DNA of 62,488 bases, counting the filler. It is 4 parts of 4 records of this genome, joined end to end, with 100 filler letters (N's around TTAATTAATTAA, not from the genome) between each part and the next. Parts side by side here need not be neighbours in the genome. Positions count along the whole stretch, not along the records: positions 34,865 to 62,488 come from SRR22947725_514; 3 more parts are not named here. The stretch is one strand, 5' to 3'. The translations under genes were made by a program, and so were the position numbers. How positions within the stretch are numbered: position 1 is the stretch's first letter; each line of letters starts with the position of its first letter. Positions 40,411 through 51,928 of this stretch are shown piece after piece. Below the pieces are notes generated by a model, which was not told the origin of the DNA, made no database searches, and saw only the letters and a program-made list of their open reading frames with translations.

Positions 40411-42720
40411 CTAAAACCGTGTATCAACCGTAAAGCGGAAATTTTCTATTACATCATATGTTTCTTTTTTGATTGGCCGTGACCAATTAAATCTTAACGG
40501 TCCAATCACAGTATCCCAGAATATTGATACTCCTGCAGCAGATCTAATATTAGCGCTATCATCAATTCTTCCTAAACCTGTGTTATCTAACCCCCATAAG
40601 GAACCTGTATCTATAAATAATCCGCCGAATATACCATATTCTTCAGGTACGCCAATTGGAAACGATGCCTGCAAGCTAAGTGAAGCAACCATTTTGCCAC
40701 CGAGTGGATCATCAAATATTGTATCATAAGGTCCAATACCTTGATTTTTAAAACCTTTTAAACGATCACCACCAAGAGTAAATCTATTAATTATACTCGC
40801 ATCAGAACCTACGATAAGACCCGAAAATAAATCTGATGATAAAATAATATCATCACGAAACATTGTTTTGTATGTTTTGAATTTAAGTTCAGATTTCATA
40901 AAAGATATATCCCCTCCTAATCCACTAAATTCTTGTGTTAATCTAAAATCGTAACCAGCAGTTGGGCTAATAACTGAGTTTGTTTTATCAAGATTGTAGG
41001 ATAATATTAGTGCACTTTTATTTTTATTTCCAATATCAGATCTTATTAATGGTGATACTAGACCAGGATAAGTTGTTAATTTTATATCATCATGATCAAG
41101 ACGGTATCTAACAGAAAGATTAGAATCCCTACTTAATGGAAATCCCACAATAGGAGAAAAATACAATTTTTCAGTCTTTAATGGAATCGAATTAGGTGTC
41201 GATGTTGTCTGGCCGAAGGATATACCAGCAAGAAGATTTCTCCCCAAGAAAGAAGGATCTTCAAACCCAATATCAGTCTGTTTCTCAATTTTACTCGATG
41301 ATAAATCCAACCTAACTGTTTGACCTCTACCAAGGAAATTGCGTTCATTAACGTTAAATGTAAATTCTGTACCATCAGATGAATTAAAGCCAGCACCAAC
41401 ACCAAGACTTCCCGTAGGCTTTTCCGTTAATTTAACTTCAATTATTACTTTTTCAGGTGATGATCCTTCACGAGTATTAGTTTCTACACTGCTAAAAAAA
41501 CCAAGACCACGAATTCTATCAACAGCTTCAAGAATTTTACGGCGGTTAAATGGATCACCTTCTACAAAGTCAAATTGTAGGCGAATTACTTCGTCAATAG
41601 TGGTTGAATTACCCTCAACTTCAATTCTTTCTACAAAAATCTTTTTGGTGCTTTGTAATTCAATTTCAACATCCATAGTTAATTTTGTATTATTGCGACT
41701 CATAAACGGTATAGGCTCAATAAAATTGAAGCCTTCTTTGGTTAAATATATGTCAATTTCTTCAACGAGTTTAGAAACTCTTCTTTGATCAAAAGAACTT
41801 CCATTTTTAATTCTATTTATTTTAGTTAAAGAGTTCATATCAATATTAATATTAGAAATATCAAAACTAATCTCACTAAAGTTGTATTGCTGTCCTTCTG
41901 TAATACTATAATTAATTAAAAATGCATCTTTAGCTCGAGTTAATTTGACAGAACTTTTCACTTCAAAATCAATATAACCTTTATTTATGTAAAAATCCTG
42001 CAATCGGTCAATATCGTAATTCAATTTATCTTCTACATAAGTATCAGATTTGATAAAGCGCCTAAATATTCCTGCTTGTTTTGTGGCTATAACACCTTTT
42101 AACCTAAAATCTGAAAATACACGGTTTCCTGTAAATGTTATCTTTTCTACTTCAGTGATACGCCCTTCAGATATTTCAAATATTAAGTCCACACGATTAT
42201 CTGATAATTCTACGATTTTTGGTGTAATTAAAGCAGATATACGACCTTTATCTGCATACGCAGCCGCAATCAAATCTGCGTCTTTTTGAGCTTTCGAAAT
42301 AGAAAGGGTTTGTCTTTCTCTAGAAAAAATTAACTCAAATAAATTTATATCTTGTAATGTGCTGTTACCCTCAAAATTTATTGTATTAATGGTAGGGTTT
42401 TCTACAACATTTATCATTAATACATTATTGACGAATGAGAGTGTTGCTGTTTTGAAAAAAGTTGATTTTTTGATAAGTTGTAGAGCAGAGTTTAATTGAG
42501 ATGGGCTGTAAGAAGCACCTTTTTCAACTTTAGAAATAGCTATTATTGTTTCATTTGTAATGCGCTTGTTACCATTTACAACAATGGAGGAAATAATATT
42601 TTCTTGAGAAACAGATTTCGTAGGTAAAATTGAAAATGATAAAAATAATAGTATTAGCAGAGGTACAATATTTGAATTTTGAAAAAATTGATTTTTTCTT
42701 AAATAAGAATTTATGAACAT
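40411..42720 (-). CDS. bamA: Outer membrane protein assembly factor BamA
   Basis: POTRA repeats (GNKRI, FEGN, FTGN, EGNSTT), ERNFLGRGQ, LKGF (VRGF-like), GPLRFNW, terminal Phe. Confidence 0.95.
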   Translation of the reverse strand: MFINSYLRKNQFFQNSNIVPLLILLFLSFSILPTKSVSQENIISSIVVNGNKRITNETIIAISKVEKGASYSPSQLNSALQLIKKSTFFKTATLSFVNNVLMINVVENPTINTINFEGNSTLQDINLFELIFSRERQTLSISKAQKDADLIAAAYADKGRISALITPKIVELSDNRVDLIFEISEGRITEVEKITFTGNRVFSDFRLKGVIATKQAGIFRRFIKSDTYVEDKLNYDIDRLQDFYINKGYIDFEVKSSVKLTRAKDAFLINYSITEGQQYNFSEISFDISNINIDMNSLTKINRIKNGSSFDQRRVSKLVEEIDIYLTKEGFNFIEPIPFMSRNNTKLTMDVEIELQSTKKIFVERIEVEGNSTTIDEVIRLQFDFVEGDPFNRRKILEAVDRIRGLGFFSSVETNTREGSSPEKVIIEVKLTEKPTGSLGVGAGFNSSDGTEFTFNVNERNFLGRGQTVRLDLSSSKIEKQTDIGFEDPSFLGRNLLAGISFGQTTSTPNSIPLKTEKLYFSPIVGFPLSRDSNLSVRYRLDHDDIKLTTYPGLVSPLIRSDIGNKNKSALILSYNLDKTNSVISPTAGYDFRLTQEFSGLGGDISFMKSELKFKTYKTMFRDDIILSSDLFSGLIVGSDASIINRFTLGGDRLKGFKNQGIGPYDTIFDDPLGGKMVASLSLQASFPIGVPEEYGIFGGLFIDTGSLWGLDNTGLGRIDDSANIRSAAGVSIFWDTVIGPLRFNWSRPIKKETYDVIENFRFTVDTRF

Positions 42721-42805
42721 TTCTCGAATCCTACAAATTTTAATCTATTTTATGTTAATCAAATTAAAATATAAAGAACGATTATTTAAAAGCTTTATTT
42801 CCAAT

Positions 42806-44140
42806 TTAATTCCAAAATAATAAAATTCGAGCAATATCATTTACAGACACAAAAAGCATTAGCGTTAGCAATGCCGATAAAGCTATTATGGCTATGTAGT
42901 TAATATATTTTGGATTTGGTTTTCTTTTTGTTATGCCTTCAAAGGCAAAAAGCACTAAATGCCCACCATCTAAAATTGGAATAGGTAAAAGATTTAAAAA
43001 ACCAATTGATGTAGATATTATAGCAATCAATGGAATAAAATATGAAATATCAGATTTAGCTATGTCACTTGAAACATGTGCAATTCCGACAGGACCTTGG
43101 AGATTTTCAAATCCTATATCACCAACAATAATTTTAGAAATTTGTAATATTGATTGAGTTAAAACTAAATATGTATTTTGGGCTCCATGTATTACAGACT
43201 CTTTAAAAGATACAGGTGAAGTTAAGGGTGATATTGCCAAAGCTGAAGATACTCCAATTGAAACTTTTTCTTCAATTTCACCGTTCGTATTTTGGAATTC
43301 TCTTAACATAGGAATTATTGATAATCTTAATATTTCACCATTTCTTAAAACATCTATTTTCTGCTTCTTAATATCAGACTCAACAATTATTTTTTGTAAT
43401 TGTTTGAATGATAGAATAGGTTGATCGTTGAATCTGGTTATTAAATCTCCAGACTTTAATCCAGCATTACTAGCGGGTGAAACTGGCATAACTGAACCAA
43501 TAATTGGAACTGTTGGGAAAGGTCCAATTGTGTCTATAAACACACCATTACGATTTATTATATAATTCGCATGCTGAACAGTATTATCATCATAAATAAA
43601 AGAATAAATATCTGTAAATTTTGATATTTTTCTACCGTTTATTGAAACAATAATATCGCCGATTTGAATATCATAACTTTTGCTAAATTCAGGATGTATA
43701 GTTCCTATAATTGGTTCGTTCGACTGCTTCCCATGCCATAAAGCCAACAACATAAAAATAAAAAATGATAAAATAAAGTTTGCTACTGGTCCGGCCAAAA
43801 CAGTTAAAGTTTTCGATCTTAAACTAGCATTATTGAATGAATGCGGCTGGGCACTCTCCCCTTTCGGTAAACTCGATGCATTTGTATCGCCCAAAAACTT
43901 TACATAACCACCGAGAGGTATTGCAGCAATTTGCCAAATTGTACCGTGTTTATCTTTTCTTGAAATAATAGTTGGACCCATTCCAACCGAAAAAATCTCA
44001 GCATGAATCCCACAAAACTTACCAATGATATAGTGGCCGTATTCATGAACAAAAACTACAATGGTTATGATAAATAAAAATGGTAAAATTGATACCAATG
44101 GTGTTCCAATTATTGGCAGTGAACCTATAAAATCAATCAT
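42806..44140 (-). CDS. rseP: RIP metalloprotease RseP
   Basis: HEYGH, PLGGYVKF, AGPVANF, PDZ domains, NLLPIPILDGG. Confidence 0.95.
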   Translation of the reverse strand: MIDFIGSLPIIGTPLVSILPFLFIITIVVFVHEYGHYIIGKFCGIHAEIFSVGMGPTIISRKDKHGTIWQIAAIPLGGYVKFLGDTNASSLPKGESAQPHSFNNASLRSKTLTVLAGPVANFILSFFIFMLLALWHGKQSNEPIIGTIHPEFSKSYDIQIGDIIVSINGRKISKFTDIYSFIYDDNTVQHANYIINRNGVFIDTIGPFPTVPIIGSVMPVSPASNAGLKSGDLITRFNDQPILSFKQLQKIIVESDIKKQKIDVLRNGEILRLSIIPMLREFQNTNGEIEEKVSIGVSSALAISPLTSPVSFKESVIHGAQNTYLVLTQSILQISKIIVGDIGFENLQGPVGIAHVSSDIAKSDISYFIPLIAIISTSIGFLNLLPIPILDGGHLVLFAFEGITKRKPNPKYINYIAIIALSALLTLMLFVSVNDIARILLFWN

Positions 44141-45302
44141 TAATTGAACCTTCAATTGCCGTCAAAACAACACTTCGCGTATGAGAATCCTGACCTACAA
44201 CTTCACTTATAAGAGTATAGTTGTCAGTTTTATTATTTGTATATTCGGTCAATGCAAACTCTACAAATTTATACATGTCTAAGAAACTTATTTTGCCCTC
44301 TAAGAATGCATCAAGAGCTTGCTCTTTTGCAGCATTAAAAGCTGTTCCCGCTAGTCCACCAAGCTCTATAGCTTGTATTGCCAGGTTTATTGACGGAAAT
44401 TTAATGTGATCTACAGCAACAAAGTCTAATTGTTTTATCTTTGTAAAATCAAGTCGATCAATTTGCAATTCAGTTCTATTTGGATAATTGATTGCAAAAC
44501 CTATAGCTCCCTTCATATCCGCCGGACCTAATTGGGCGATGATTGATCCATCATTAAAGCCAACCATTGAATGTATTATAGATTGTGGGTGTATTAGCAC
44601 TTCAATTTTACTTGCTTCAATATCAAATAATTCATTAGCTTCAATGAGTTCCATAGCTTTGTTAAACATAGATGCACTGTCTATTGAAATTCTTTTTCCC
44701 ATATTCCATTTTGGATGATTTGATGCTTGATTTGGTGTTATATTCAATAAATCTTTTAATTTAGTATCTAAAAAAGGACCACCAGAACCAGTTAAGATTA
44801 TACGCTCAACAGTTTTAATATTTTCGCCATTTAGACATTGGAATATTGCAGAATGTTCACTGTCTACAGGAACTAAAGCTGTATTATTATCTCTACAAAT
44901 CTGTTTAAGAAGTAATCCTGCACAAACTAAACTTTCTTTATTAGCTAATGCTAAAATTCTAGAGTACTTAGCAGCAATCAAACTACATTCGACACCTGCA
45001 AAACCTATTATAGCTTGTAATGATACATCGACAGGAATTGATGCGGCATTCAGCAGTGCTTCTTTACCCCCAGTGATATCAAAATCATGTCCTATAAGTA
45101 ATTCTTTCAAATCACTTAATAGTTCATGATCTGCAATAACAATATGTTTAGGTTTTAATAATATTGCTTGCTTAGCGAGCTCTTTTATATTTTTACCACC
45201 AGTAAGTACTAATACGTTAAAATCATTTTTTTGATTAAGCAAAATCTCTACTGCATTAGAACCTATAGATCCAGTTGATCCAAAAATTGATATATTCTTC
45301 AT
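44133..45302 (-). CDS. dxr: 1-deoxy-D-xylulose-5-phosphate reductoisomerase
   Basis: GSTGSIG, LANKESLV, PVDSEH, HPKWNMG. Confidence 0.96.
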   Translation of the reverse strand: MKNISIFGSTGSIGSNAVEILLNQKNDFNVLVLTGGKNIKELAKQAILLKPKHIVIADHELLSDLKELLIGHDFDITGGKEALLNAASIPVDVSLQAIIGFAGVECSLIAAKYSRILALANKESLVCAGLLLKQICRDNNTALVPVDSEHSAIFQCLNGENIKTVERIILTGSGGPFLDTKLKDLLNITPNQASNHPKWNMGKRISIDSASMFNKAMELIEANELFDIEASKIEVLIHPQSIIHSMVGFNDGSIIAQLGPADMKGAIGFAINYPNRTELQIDRLDFTKIKQLDFVAVDHIKFPSINLAIQAIELGGLAGTAFNAAKEQALDAFLEGKISFLDMYKFVEFALTEYTNNKTDNYTLISEVVGQDSHTRSVVLTAIEGSIND

Positions 45303-46093
45303 CAGAATATCCAATTATTTATATTTATAAGATTAATTATAAATACAGCAAAGAAGGCTCCTATCATTCCATCAAAACGGTCTAAAAAGCCCCCATGACC
45401 AGGAATTAAATTACTACTGTCTTTAATACCAGCATTTCGCTTCAAGAAACTCTCATAAAGATCACCAAATTGAGAAAAAATAGAAATTAATATTGAAAAA
45501 AATAATAAATAAAGTTCAATTTCTTTGAACATTATTATAAATATGTAAGTAATTATCATAGTTAACATCCACCCACCAATAATTCCAGACCAAGTTTTTT
45601 TTGGGCTAATTATTGGCCAAAGTTTTGGACCACCAACGGTACGTCCAACAAAATAACCCCCTATATCAGAAGCAATAACACAGCTGATGACCCATAATGT
45701 TTGCACCAAACCAACTTCCAATCTCAAATCAGATAAAGTTATTAGGCTAAAAAAAATCAAAATTAAATATATAGATCTTTGTGCAAAGTCATTATGTTTG
45801 ATTATAACTTTATAAAAAATCAAAAAAATAATTAATAAAATTAATGATAATATTTGAGAAAATAAAATATTTGTTGCAAATATAAGTGCAAAAAATATAG
45901 CGGTTAATATTCTTTTATGTTTATGAAGGTGATTAAAACTAAAAATTTCCCATGCTAATATTGCCGAAATCAATATAAGAATAATATTAAATATAGTGCC
46001 ACCTATTCCTAAAAAAAAAGCACCTAAAAAGATCATAACAATGCTTGAAATAACACGTGCAAGTAGATCGGAATTTTTTAATTTAGCATTCAT
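45302..46093 (-). CDS. cdsA: Phosphatidate cytidylyltransferase
   Basis: SPKKTWSG, GDLYES..KR..GIKDS..LIPGHGG.LDRFD. Confidence 0.95.
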   Translation of the reverse strand: MNAKLKNSDLLARVISSIVMIFLGAFFLGIGGTIFNIILILISAILAWEIFSFNHLHKHKRILTAIFFALIFATNILFSQILSLILLIIFLIFYKVIIKHNDFAQRSIYLILIFFSLITLSDLRLEVGLVQTLWVISCVIASDIGGYFVGRTVGGPKLWPIISPKKTWSGIIGGWMLTMIITYIFIIMFKEIELYLLFFSILISIFSQFGDLYESFLKRNAGIKDSSNLIPGHGGFLDRFDGMIGAFFAVFIINLININNWIF

Positions 46094-46818
46094 TATTTTA
46101 AAATAGCACCAAATCTTCGTTCACGAGTTTTAAATTCTATTAAAATTTCTTCATAAATATCTTTACTAAAATCTGGCCAATTGCTTTTTTCAAAAACATA
46201 TTCTGAATAAGCACATTGCCAAGGTAAGAAATTTGAAGTTCTCATTTCACCTGACGTACGAATTACTAAATCAGGATCGGGTAATTCAAATGTATCAAGA
46301 TTATTTGAGAACATTTCGATATTAATATCATCAATATCTATGAGACCTAATTTTACTTTTTCAGATATTTTTTTTGTTGCCCTTAGTATTTCATCTCGGC
46401 CACCATAATTTAACGCAATAGTGAGGTGAAGATTATCATTTTCTTTAGTCAAAAATTCTAATTCATCCATTAATTTGATAATTGATTTATCTAATCGTGA
46501 TCTATTACCTATAAATCTAACCTTAACTCCATTAAAGAGAAGTTTTTTTGCTTCAGATTTCATAAACTTTTTAAATAAACCCATCAAACCTATAACTTCA
46601 CTCTCGGAGCGTTTCCAATTTTCTGTAGAAAATGCAAATAAAGTAAGATGTGTAACTTTCATGTCCAGACTGGCACGGACAATATGGCGAACGCGATCAG
46701 CGCCCTTGGCATGTCCCTTAAGCCTTGCCAAAGCCCTTTCATTTGCCCATCTGCCATTACCGTCCATCACCATAGCGACATGCAGTACTTCAGGTATAAT
46801 ATTTTTTTCTAGTTTCAT
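46093..46818 (-). CDS. uppS: Undecaprenyl diphosphate synthase
   Basis: HVAMVMDGNGRWA, FSTENWKR, IRTSGE.R.SNFL.WQ. Confidence 0.96.
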   Translation of the reverse strand: MKLEKNIIPEVLHVAMVMDGNGRWANERALARLKGHAKGADRVRHIVRASLDMKVTHLTLFAFSTENWKRSESEVIGLMGLFKKFMKSEAKKLLFNGVKVRFIGNRSRLDKSIIKLMDELEFLTKENDNLHLTIALNYGGRDEILRATKKISEKVKLGLIDIDDINIEMFSNNLDTFELPDPDLVIRTSGEMRTSNFLPWQCAYSEYVFEKSNWPDFSKDIYEEILIEFKTRERRFGAILK

Positions 46819-46831
46819 AATAGATGCAAAT

Positions 46832-47383
46832 TCAAACTTGCATTATCTCCGCTTGTTTCTGTTCTAGGATTTCATCAATTTTTTTAATAGATACATTTGT
46901 CAATTCTTGTATCTCATCAGACCATATTTTCTGATCATCTTCGCTTAATTCATCTGATTTTTTAACTTGATCCATTCCATCTCGGCGAACATTCCGCACA
47001 GCAATACGTGCACTTTCAGCATAACCACCTGCAACTTTAGTTAATTCTATTCTTCGTTCTTCATTTAATTCAGGAATTGGTAATCGTAGCATCATTCCAT
47101 CACCAACAGGATTTATTCCTAAGTTGCTTTCTCGAATGGCTTTATCAACTGAATCAATAAGCGTCTTGTCCCAAACAGTTACAGTAATCATTCTTGGTTC
47201 AGGAACATTTATACCTGCACATTGATTTAAAGGCGTCATAGCTCCATATGCTTTGACCATTATCTTATCTAATAATGATGCAGATGCTCTTCCCGTTCTT
47301 AATGCTTGGAATTCAGATTTCATTGCTAAAACTGCTCCATTCATTCTTTTTTCAATTGCATCAATATCTATATCTTCTGACAT
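46832..47383 (-). CDS. frr: Ribosome recycling factor
   Basis: [22 protein letters not shown]. Confidence 0.97.
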   Translation of the reverse strand: MSEDIDIDAIEKRMNGAVLAMKSEFQALRTGRASASLLDKIMVKAYGAMTPLNQCAGINVPEPRMITVTVWDKTLIDSVDKAIRESNLGINPVGDGMMLRLPIPELNEERRIELTKVAGGYAESARIAVRNVRRDGMDQVKKSDELSEDDQKIWSDEIQELTNVSIKKIDEILEQKQAEIMQV

Positions 47384-48139
47384 TTAATTTATTCCTTTTA
47401 CAGGTTTATTTCCAACAACAGTAAATGTGCCCTCACCGCACATGATACCTTTAAAACCACCCTTTTCAGATAGTGAAAATACAATAATTGGCAAATTATT
47501 ATCCCGAGCCAGAGCAATTGCAGAAGCATCCATTACTTTTAAGTTTTTTTGCAATACTTCATCAAAAGAAACATTGTCATAACGTTTTGCATTATCAAAC
47601 TTATTAGGATCTTTATCATATATACCATCAACTTGCGTACCTTTAAATATGGCATCACAACTCATCTCAGAAGCTCGTAGTGTAGCCGCCGTGTCAGTAG
47701 TAAAATAAGGATTTCCTGTACCAGCAGCAAATATACATACTCTGCCTTTTTCTAAGTGACGAACTGCACGTCGCCTAATATATGGCTCACACACTTGATC
47801 CATTGGTATTGCTGAAATAACTCGTGTGTTTACTCCCATAGACTCTAAAGCACCTTGCATGGCCAGTGCATTCATGACAGTTGCCAACATGCCCATATAA
47901 TCAGCTGTAGTTCGTTCCATTCCTTGTGCTGAGCCTTGAAGACCGCGAAATATATTACCCCCACCAATCACTAAGCACAGTTCAATGCCTAAATCGTTGA
48001 CACGCTTGACTTCTTTTGCAATTCGTTCAACCGTTGGTGGATGGAGGCCAAAACCTTGATCACCCATGAGTGCTTCACCAGATATTTTTAACATAACTCT
48101 TTTATATGAGAATTCTGTTGGGGTTATTTCGTCTGACAT
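47384..48139 (-). CDS. pyrH: UMP kinase
   Basis: [26 protein letters not shown]. Confidence 0.97.
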   Translation of the reverse strand: MSDEITPTEFSYKRVMLKISGEALMGDQGFGLHPPTVERIAKEVKRVNDLGIELCLVIGGGNIFRGLQGSAQGMERTTADYMGMLATVMNALAMQGALESMGVNTRVISAIPMDQVCEPYIRRRAVRHLEKGRVCIFAAGTGNPYFTTDTAATLRASEMSCDAIFKGTQVDGIYDKDPNKFDNAKRYDNVSFDEVLQKNLKVMDASAIALARDNNLPIIVFSLSEKGGFKGIMCGEGTFTVVGNKPVKGIN

Positions 48140-48279
48140 GTATTTTACTCCAACTAGATTATCAAATTTGTTCTAAAGCGCATCAACTAATAATGGTATA
48201 AAACATAAAAATTAATTAACATACAATTAATTGCATACATACTTGTTTAATAAATAACCATACCAAAAGGTGTCTCATA

Positions 48280-49197
48280 TTGGAACAAATTTTTAAAGGC
48301 AACAAACCAATATTAATTGCTGGAGCAACAGCAACAGGCAAATCTGCATTTGGCATTGAATTAGCGCAAAAATATAATGGGATTATAATTAATGCAGACT
48401 CATTACAAATTTATAAACAATGGAAAATTTTAACAGCTAGACCTGATAATTCTGAAATAAGAGAATGCCCTCACTCACTATATGGACATATTAATTTAGG
48501 AAAAAAGTATTCTTCTGGCCATTGGCTTAGGGATGTTAGACAAGAATTAATCAAAGCAAAAGAAAAAGATCTTCGTCCAATTTTGTTAGGTGGAACTGGT
48601 TTGTATTTTCAATTATTATTAAATGGAATTGCAGAAGTGCCTGACATTTCTAATTTAGTAAAGTTAGAAGCAGATAAAATTGAGCAAAATGAAGGTAAAA
48701 ATGCATTTGCAAAGAAACTAATAAAATTAGATAAAAAAATAATAGAAAGAATTGATAATAGAAATCCAGTTAGAACACGACGAGCGTGGGAAGTAATCAC
48801 ACAAACCGGAAAAAGTTTAGCCGATTGGCAAGATGATACACCCGCACCATTAATTAATTTTAGTGAATGTATTCCAGTAAATTTAATAAGCGATACCAAT
48901 TGGTTGAATAATCGAATTAGAAAGCGTTTCAAGATAATGATGGAAAAAGGCGCTTTGGACGAATGCAAAAATATATTGAAGTCAGACTTGTGGAATGCAG
49001 ATCATCCTTCTTGCAAAGCTATTGGAGCTAAAGAATTAATATCACACATACAAAATGGTGATGATTTAAATACTTCTGTGGAAAAAGCAATAATTCAATC
49101 TCGTCAATACGCAAAAAGGCAACGAACTTGGTTCAGATCAAAAATGTCCAATTGGCACAAAATAGACGTTAAAAATATTTATAAGTATATTCATTAA
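48280..49197 (+). CDS. miaA: tRNA dimethylallyltransferase
   Basis: GATATGKS, NADSLQIY, LTARP, GGTGLY, RQYAKRQRTW; TTG start. Confidence 0.95.
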   Translation: MEQIFKGNKPILIAGATATGKSAFGIELAQKYNGIIINADSLQIYKQWKILTARPDNSEIRECPHSLYGHINLGKKYSSGHWLRDVRQELIKAKEKDLRPILLGGTGLYFQLLLNGIAEVPDISNLVKLEADKIEQNEGKNAFAKKLIKLDKKIIERIDNRNPVRTRRAWEVITQTGKSLADWQDDTPAPLINFSECIPVNLISDTNWLNNRIRKRFKIMMEKGALDECKNILKSDLWNADHPSCKAIGAKELISHIQNGDDLNTSVEKAIIQSRQYAKRQRTWFRSKMSNWHKIDVKNIYKYIH

Positions 49198-49210
49198 GTA
49201 TTATTAGCAT

Positions 49211-50848
49211 TTATAAATGTATGATTTTACCTGGTGAAATATCTTTTATATCTGCTAGCATTTCAATAATAAAACCAACATCAGATGTCTTAGCCTTCTC
49301 AAATGCGACCTTAAACTCACTTAAATTTGTGATTTTTGAATAACCAAAATTATATGCTTCTGCAATGCACTTAAAATTTGGATTCTTTAAATTTGTTCCA
49401 CTTACTCTTTTAGGATAACGCATTTCTTGATGCATCCTGATAGTACCATAACTTCCATTATTATGTATAAGTATTATAGGGTTTAAACCTTCCTGCATTG
49501 CCGTTCCCAATTCACTAGAAGACATTTGAAAATCTCCATCACCAGCAAAGCAAATTACTTGACGATTTGGGTATATTGACTTTGCAGCGAGCGCGGCAGG
49601 CACACCTGCACCCATTGCACCTGCTTGAGGGGCCAATAATCTGTGCTCTTTATTATAATTAAGGTATTTACCTGACCAAATAGCAAAATTTCCAGCCCCA
49701 TTTGTAAAGATAGCATCTTTATCAGAATGAATATTTAAATAATTACAAATTTTAGCAACATTTAATGTACCGTGTGTATCAACCATTTTTCTAGATTCAA
49801 TAAAATCCTCTCTATTGCGCCTTAATGAACTAGAAGGATTCCTACTAACACTAGCCTCATATAGCCCCTGCACTACAGAATCTGGACTAGCAACTACACC
49901 AATGTCACAATGATAAACTTTATTTATTTCGGCTTCACTTACATGAGTATGAATTATTTTTTGTTTAGGATGTGGGAAATCAAATAAACTCCAAGCATCA
50001 GTTATAACTTCCCCAAAACGAATATTTATTGCTAAAATTAAATCTGAATTTTTTATTAAATCTTTAATATATTGTGGTTTACCAAAAGAAGCATCTCCTA
50101 CATATGCGAAGCTATTTGTATCCATTAAATCTTGGTTTCTAAAACCACATATAACTGGAATGTTTACACTTTCAGCAAAACGTTTTAAATAATCTCTTCC
50201 AATATCAGACCAGCCACCACCACCACATATAATAAGCGGTTTCTTAGACTTTTCTAATACATCTTTAATCAAATTGACTTGTGTCACACTGATTTGAGCA
50301 CAATTTTTTTTAATTTTATTAATAGCTACAGCGCTTGTTAAATCTCGCAACATATCTTCTGGCAATGATACAACTACAGGCCCTGGCCTACCAGATAATG
50401 CCATTGAAAATGCTCTACCAATGATTTCGGGCAATCGGTCAGCATTATTAACTTGTACAACCCATTTAGAAATTGATCCAAAATATGCTTTATAATCAAT
50501 CTCCTGAAAAGCTTCTCGCTCAGTCATATCTCGACCAATTTGACCAATAAATAAAACCATAGGTGAAGAATTCTGCATAGCAGTATGAACACCTATTGAG
50601 GCATTTGTAGCTCCAGGCCCACGAGTAACAAAACAGATACCTACTTCCCCTGTCAATTTACCATATGCTTCCGCCATAAATGACGCAGCACTTTCATGCC
50701 TTGTTGCAATAAAATTAATCTTATCATTAAAATCGTATAGGGCATCTAGTACAGAAAGATAACTTTCGCCCGGAACACCATAAATTTTATCTACACCTTG
50801 ATTTATCAAGCACTCAATTAATAAATTAGCTGCTCTTTTTTGTGTCAT
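49211..50848 (-). CDS. Thiamine-diphosphate-binding enzyme, acetolactate-synthase-like family
   Basis: VPGESYL, RHE, TRGPGATN, GDGDFQM...HNN motif. Confidence 0.88.
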   Translation of the reverse strand: MTQKRAANLLIECLINQGVDKIYGVPGESYLSVLDALYDFNDKINFIATRHESAASFMAEAYGKLTGEVGICFVTRGPGATNASIGVHTAMQNSSPMVLFIGQIGRDMTEREAFQEIDYKAYFGSISKWVVQVNNADRLPEIIGRAFSMALSGRPGPVVVSLPEDMLRDLTSAVAINKIKKNCAQISVTQVNLIKDVLEKSKKPLIICGGGGWSDIGRDYLKRFAESVNIPVICGFRNQDLMDTNSFAYVGDASFGKPQYIKDLIKNSDLILAINIRFGEVITDAWSLFDFPHPKQKIIHTHVSEAEINKVYHCDIGVVASPDSVVQGLYEASVSRNPSSSLRRNREDFIESRKMVDTHGTLNVAKICNYLNIHSDKDAIFTNGAGNFAIWSGKYLNYNKEHRLLAPQAGAMGAGVPAALAAKSIYPNRQVICFAGDGDFQMSSSELGTAMQEGLNPIILIHNNGSYGTIRMHQEMRYPKRVSGTNLKNPNFKCIAEAYNFGYSKITNLSEFKVAFEKAKTSDVGFIIEMLADIKDISPGKIIHL

Positions 50849-50941
50849 AAAATTTTACCTTAATATTATTAAATTTAAGATATATATTGATCAGTAAAAT
50901 TCCAGTGTAAATTCATAATTTTTTTAATAATTTCAGTAAAT

Positions 50942-50972
50942 AAAAAAACCCCACAATAAATTGTGAGGTTTT
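50942..50972 (-). terminator. Intrinsic terminator after tsf
   Basis: Minus strand AACCTCACAAT-TT-ATTGTGGGGTT followed by a U-run. Confidence 0.8.
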
Positions 50973-50999
50973 CAAAAATAATGTTAAAGTGGTTTAAAA

Positions 51000-51875
51000 T
51001 TATCCACCCATTGTTTTTGCAACTTCGGCAGCAAAATCTTCTTCTTTTTTCTCAATACCATCACCAACCTCTAGCCTTACAAATGACAATATTTCAGCAC
51101 CTGCATCTTTAGCTGCTTGACCAACAGTGATATCTGGATTCATTACAAATGCTTGATTAATCAATGTGATTTCTGAATAAAATTTCTTAATCCGACCAAC
51201 AATCATCTTTTCGATGACTGCATCAGGCTTACCTGATTCACGAGCTTGTTCAGATAGAACTGATTTCTCACGTTCTATTACTGCTGGGTCTAAATCATCT
51301 TCAGATAAAGATGCGGGATTAGTCGCTGCAACATGCATAGCTATTTGTTTGGCAATAGTTTCATCACCACCATTTAAGGCAACCAATACACCAATTTTCC
51401 CCATACCTTCAGCTGCTGCAGTATGCACATAAGAACCTACGACTTCACCTTCAACTTTAGCCATGCGCCTTACTGACATGTTTTCACCAATTGTTGCAAT
51501 TTTATCTGTAACAACATCAGAAACTGATTTACCATCCATGTTTGCTGATTTTAACGCTTCGATATCTGAAACATTCAATGCTGCATTTGTAATACCAGCA
51601 ACCATTTCTTGGAATTCCGCATTTTTTCCAACAAAATCAGTTTCAGAATTTACTTCAACTGCAACTGCGGAACCACCGCTTACTGCCACTCCAACCAAAC
51701 CTTCAGCAGCTGTACGGCCTGCTTTTTTTGCGGCTTTTGCAAGACCTTTGGTTCGCAACCAATCAACTGCTGCTTCAATATTACCATCAGTTTCTGTTAA
51801 TGCTTTTTTTGCATCCATCATGCCTGCACCTGTAGTGTCACGCAATTCTTTTACCAATGAAGCTGTTATAGCCAT
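51000..51875 (-). CDS. tsf: Elongation factor Ts
   Basis: [28 protein letters not shown]. Confidence 0.98.
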   Translation of the reverse strand: MAITASLVKELRDTTGAGMMDAKKALTETDGNIEAAVDWLRTKGLAKAAKKAGRTAAEGLVGVAVSGGSAVAVEVNSETDFVGKNAEFQEMVAGITNAALNVSDIEALKSANMDGKSVSDVVTDKIATIGENMSVRRMAKVEGEVVGSYVHTAAAEGMGKIGVLVALNGGDETIAKQIAMHVAATNPASLSEDDLDPAVIEREKSVLSEQARESGKPDAVIEKMIVGRIKKFYSEITLINQAFVMNPDITVGQAAKDAGAEILSFVRLEVGDGIEKKEEDFAAEVAKTMGG

Positions 51876-51901
51876 GATTTATCTCCTAGAAGTTTACAAA
51901 A

Positions 51902-51921
51902 TACGGGCATTTATGCCCGTA
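51902..51921 (-). promoter_or_regulatory. rpsB-tsf intercistronic hairpin (attenuator/stability element)
   Basis: TACGGGCAT-TT-ATGCCCGTA perfect inverted repeat; on the minus strand it is followed by TTTT. Confidence 0.65.
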
Positions 51922-51928
51922 CAAGGGA

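Noticed and set aside
49211-50848. TPP enzyme as sulfoacetaldehyde acetyltransferase (Xsc) partnering comDE
   Set aside because: Its motifs (VPGESYL, TRGPGATN) fit the generic ALS-like family rather than Xsc, and it is separated from comDE by rpsB-tsf.
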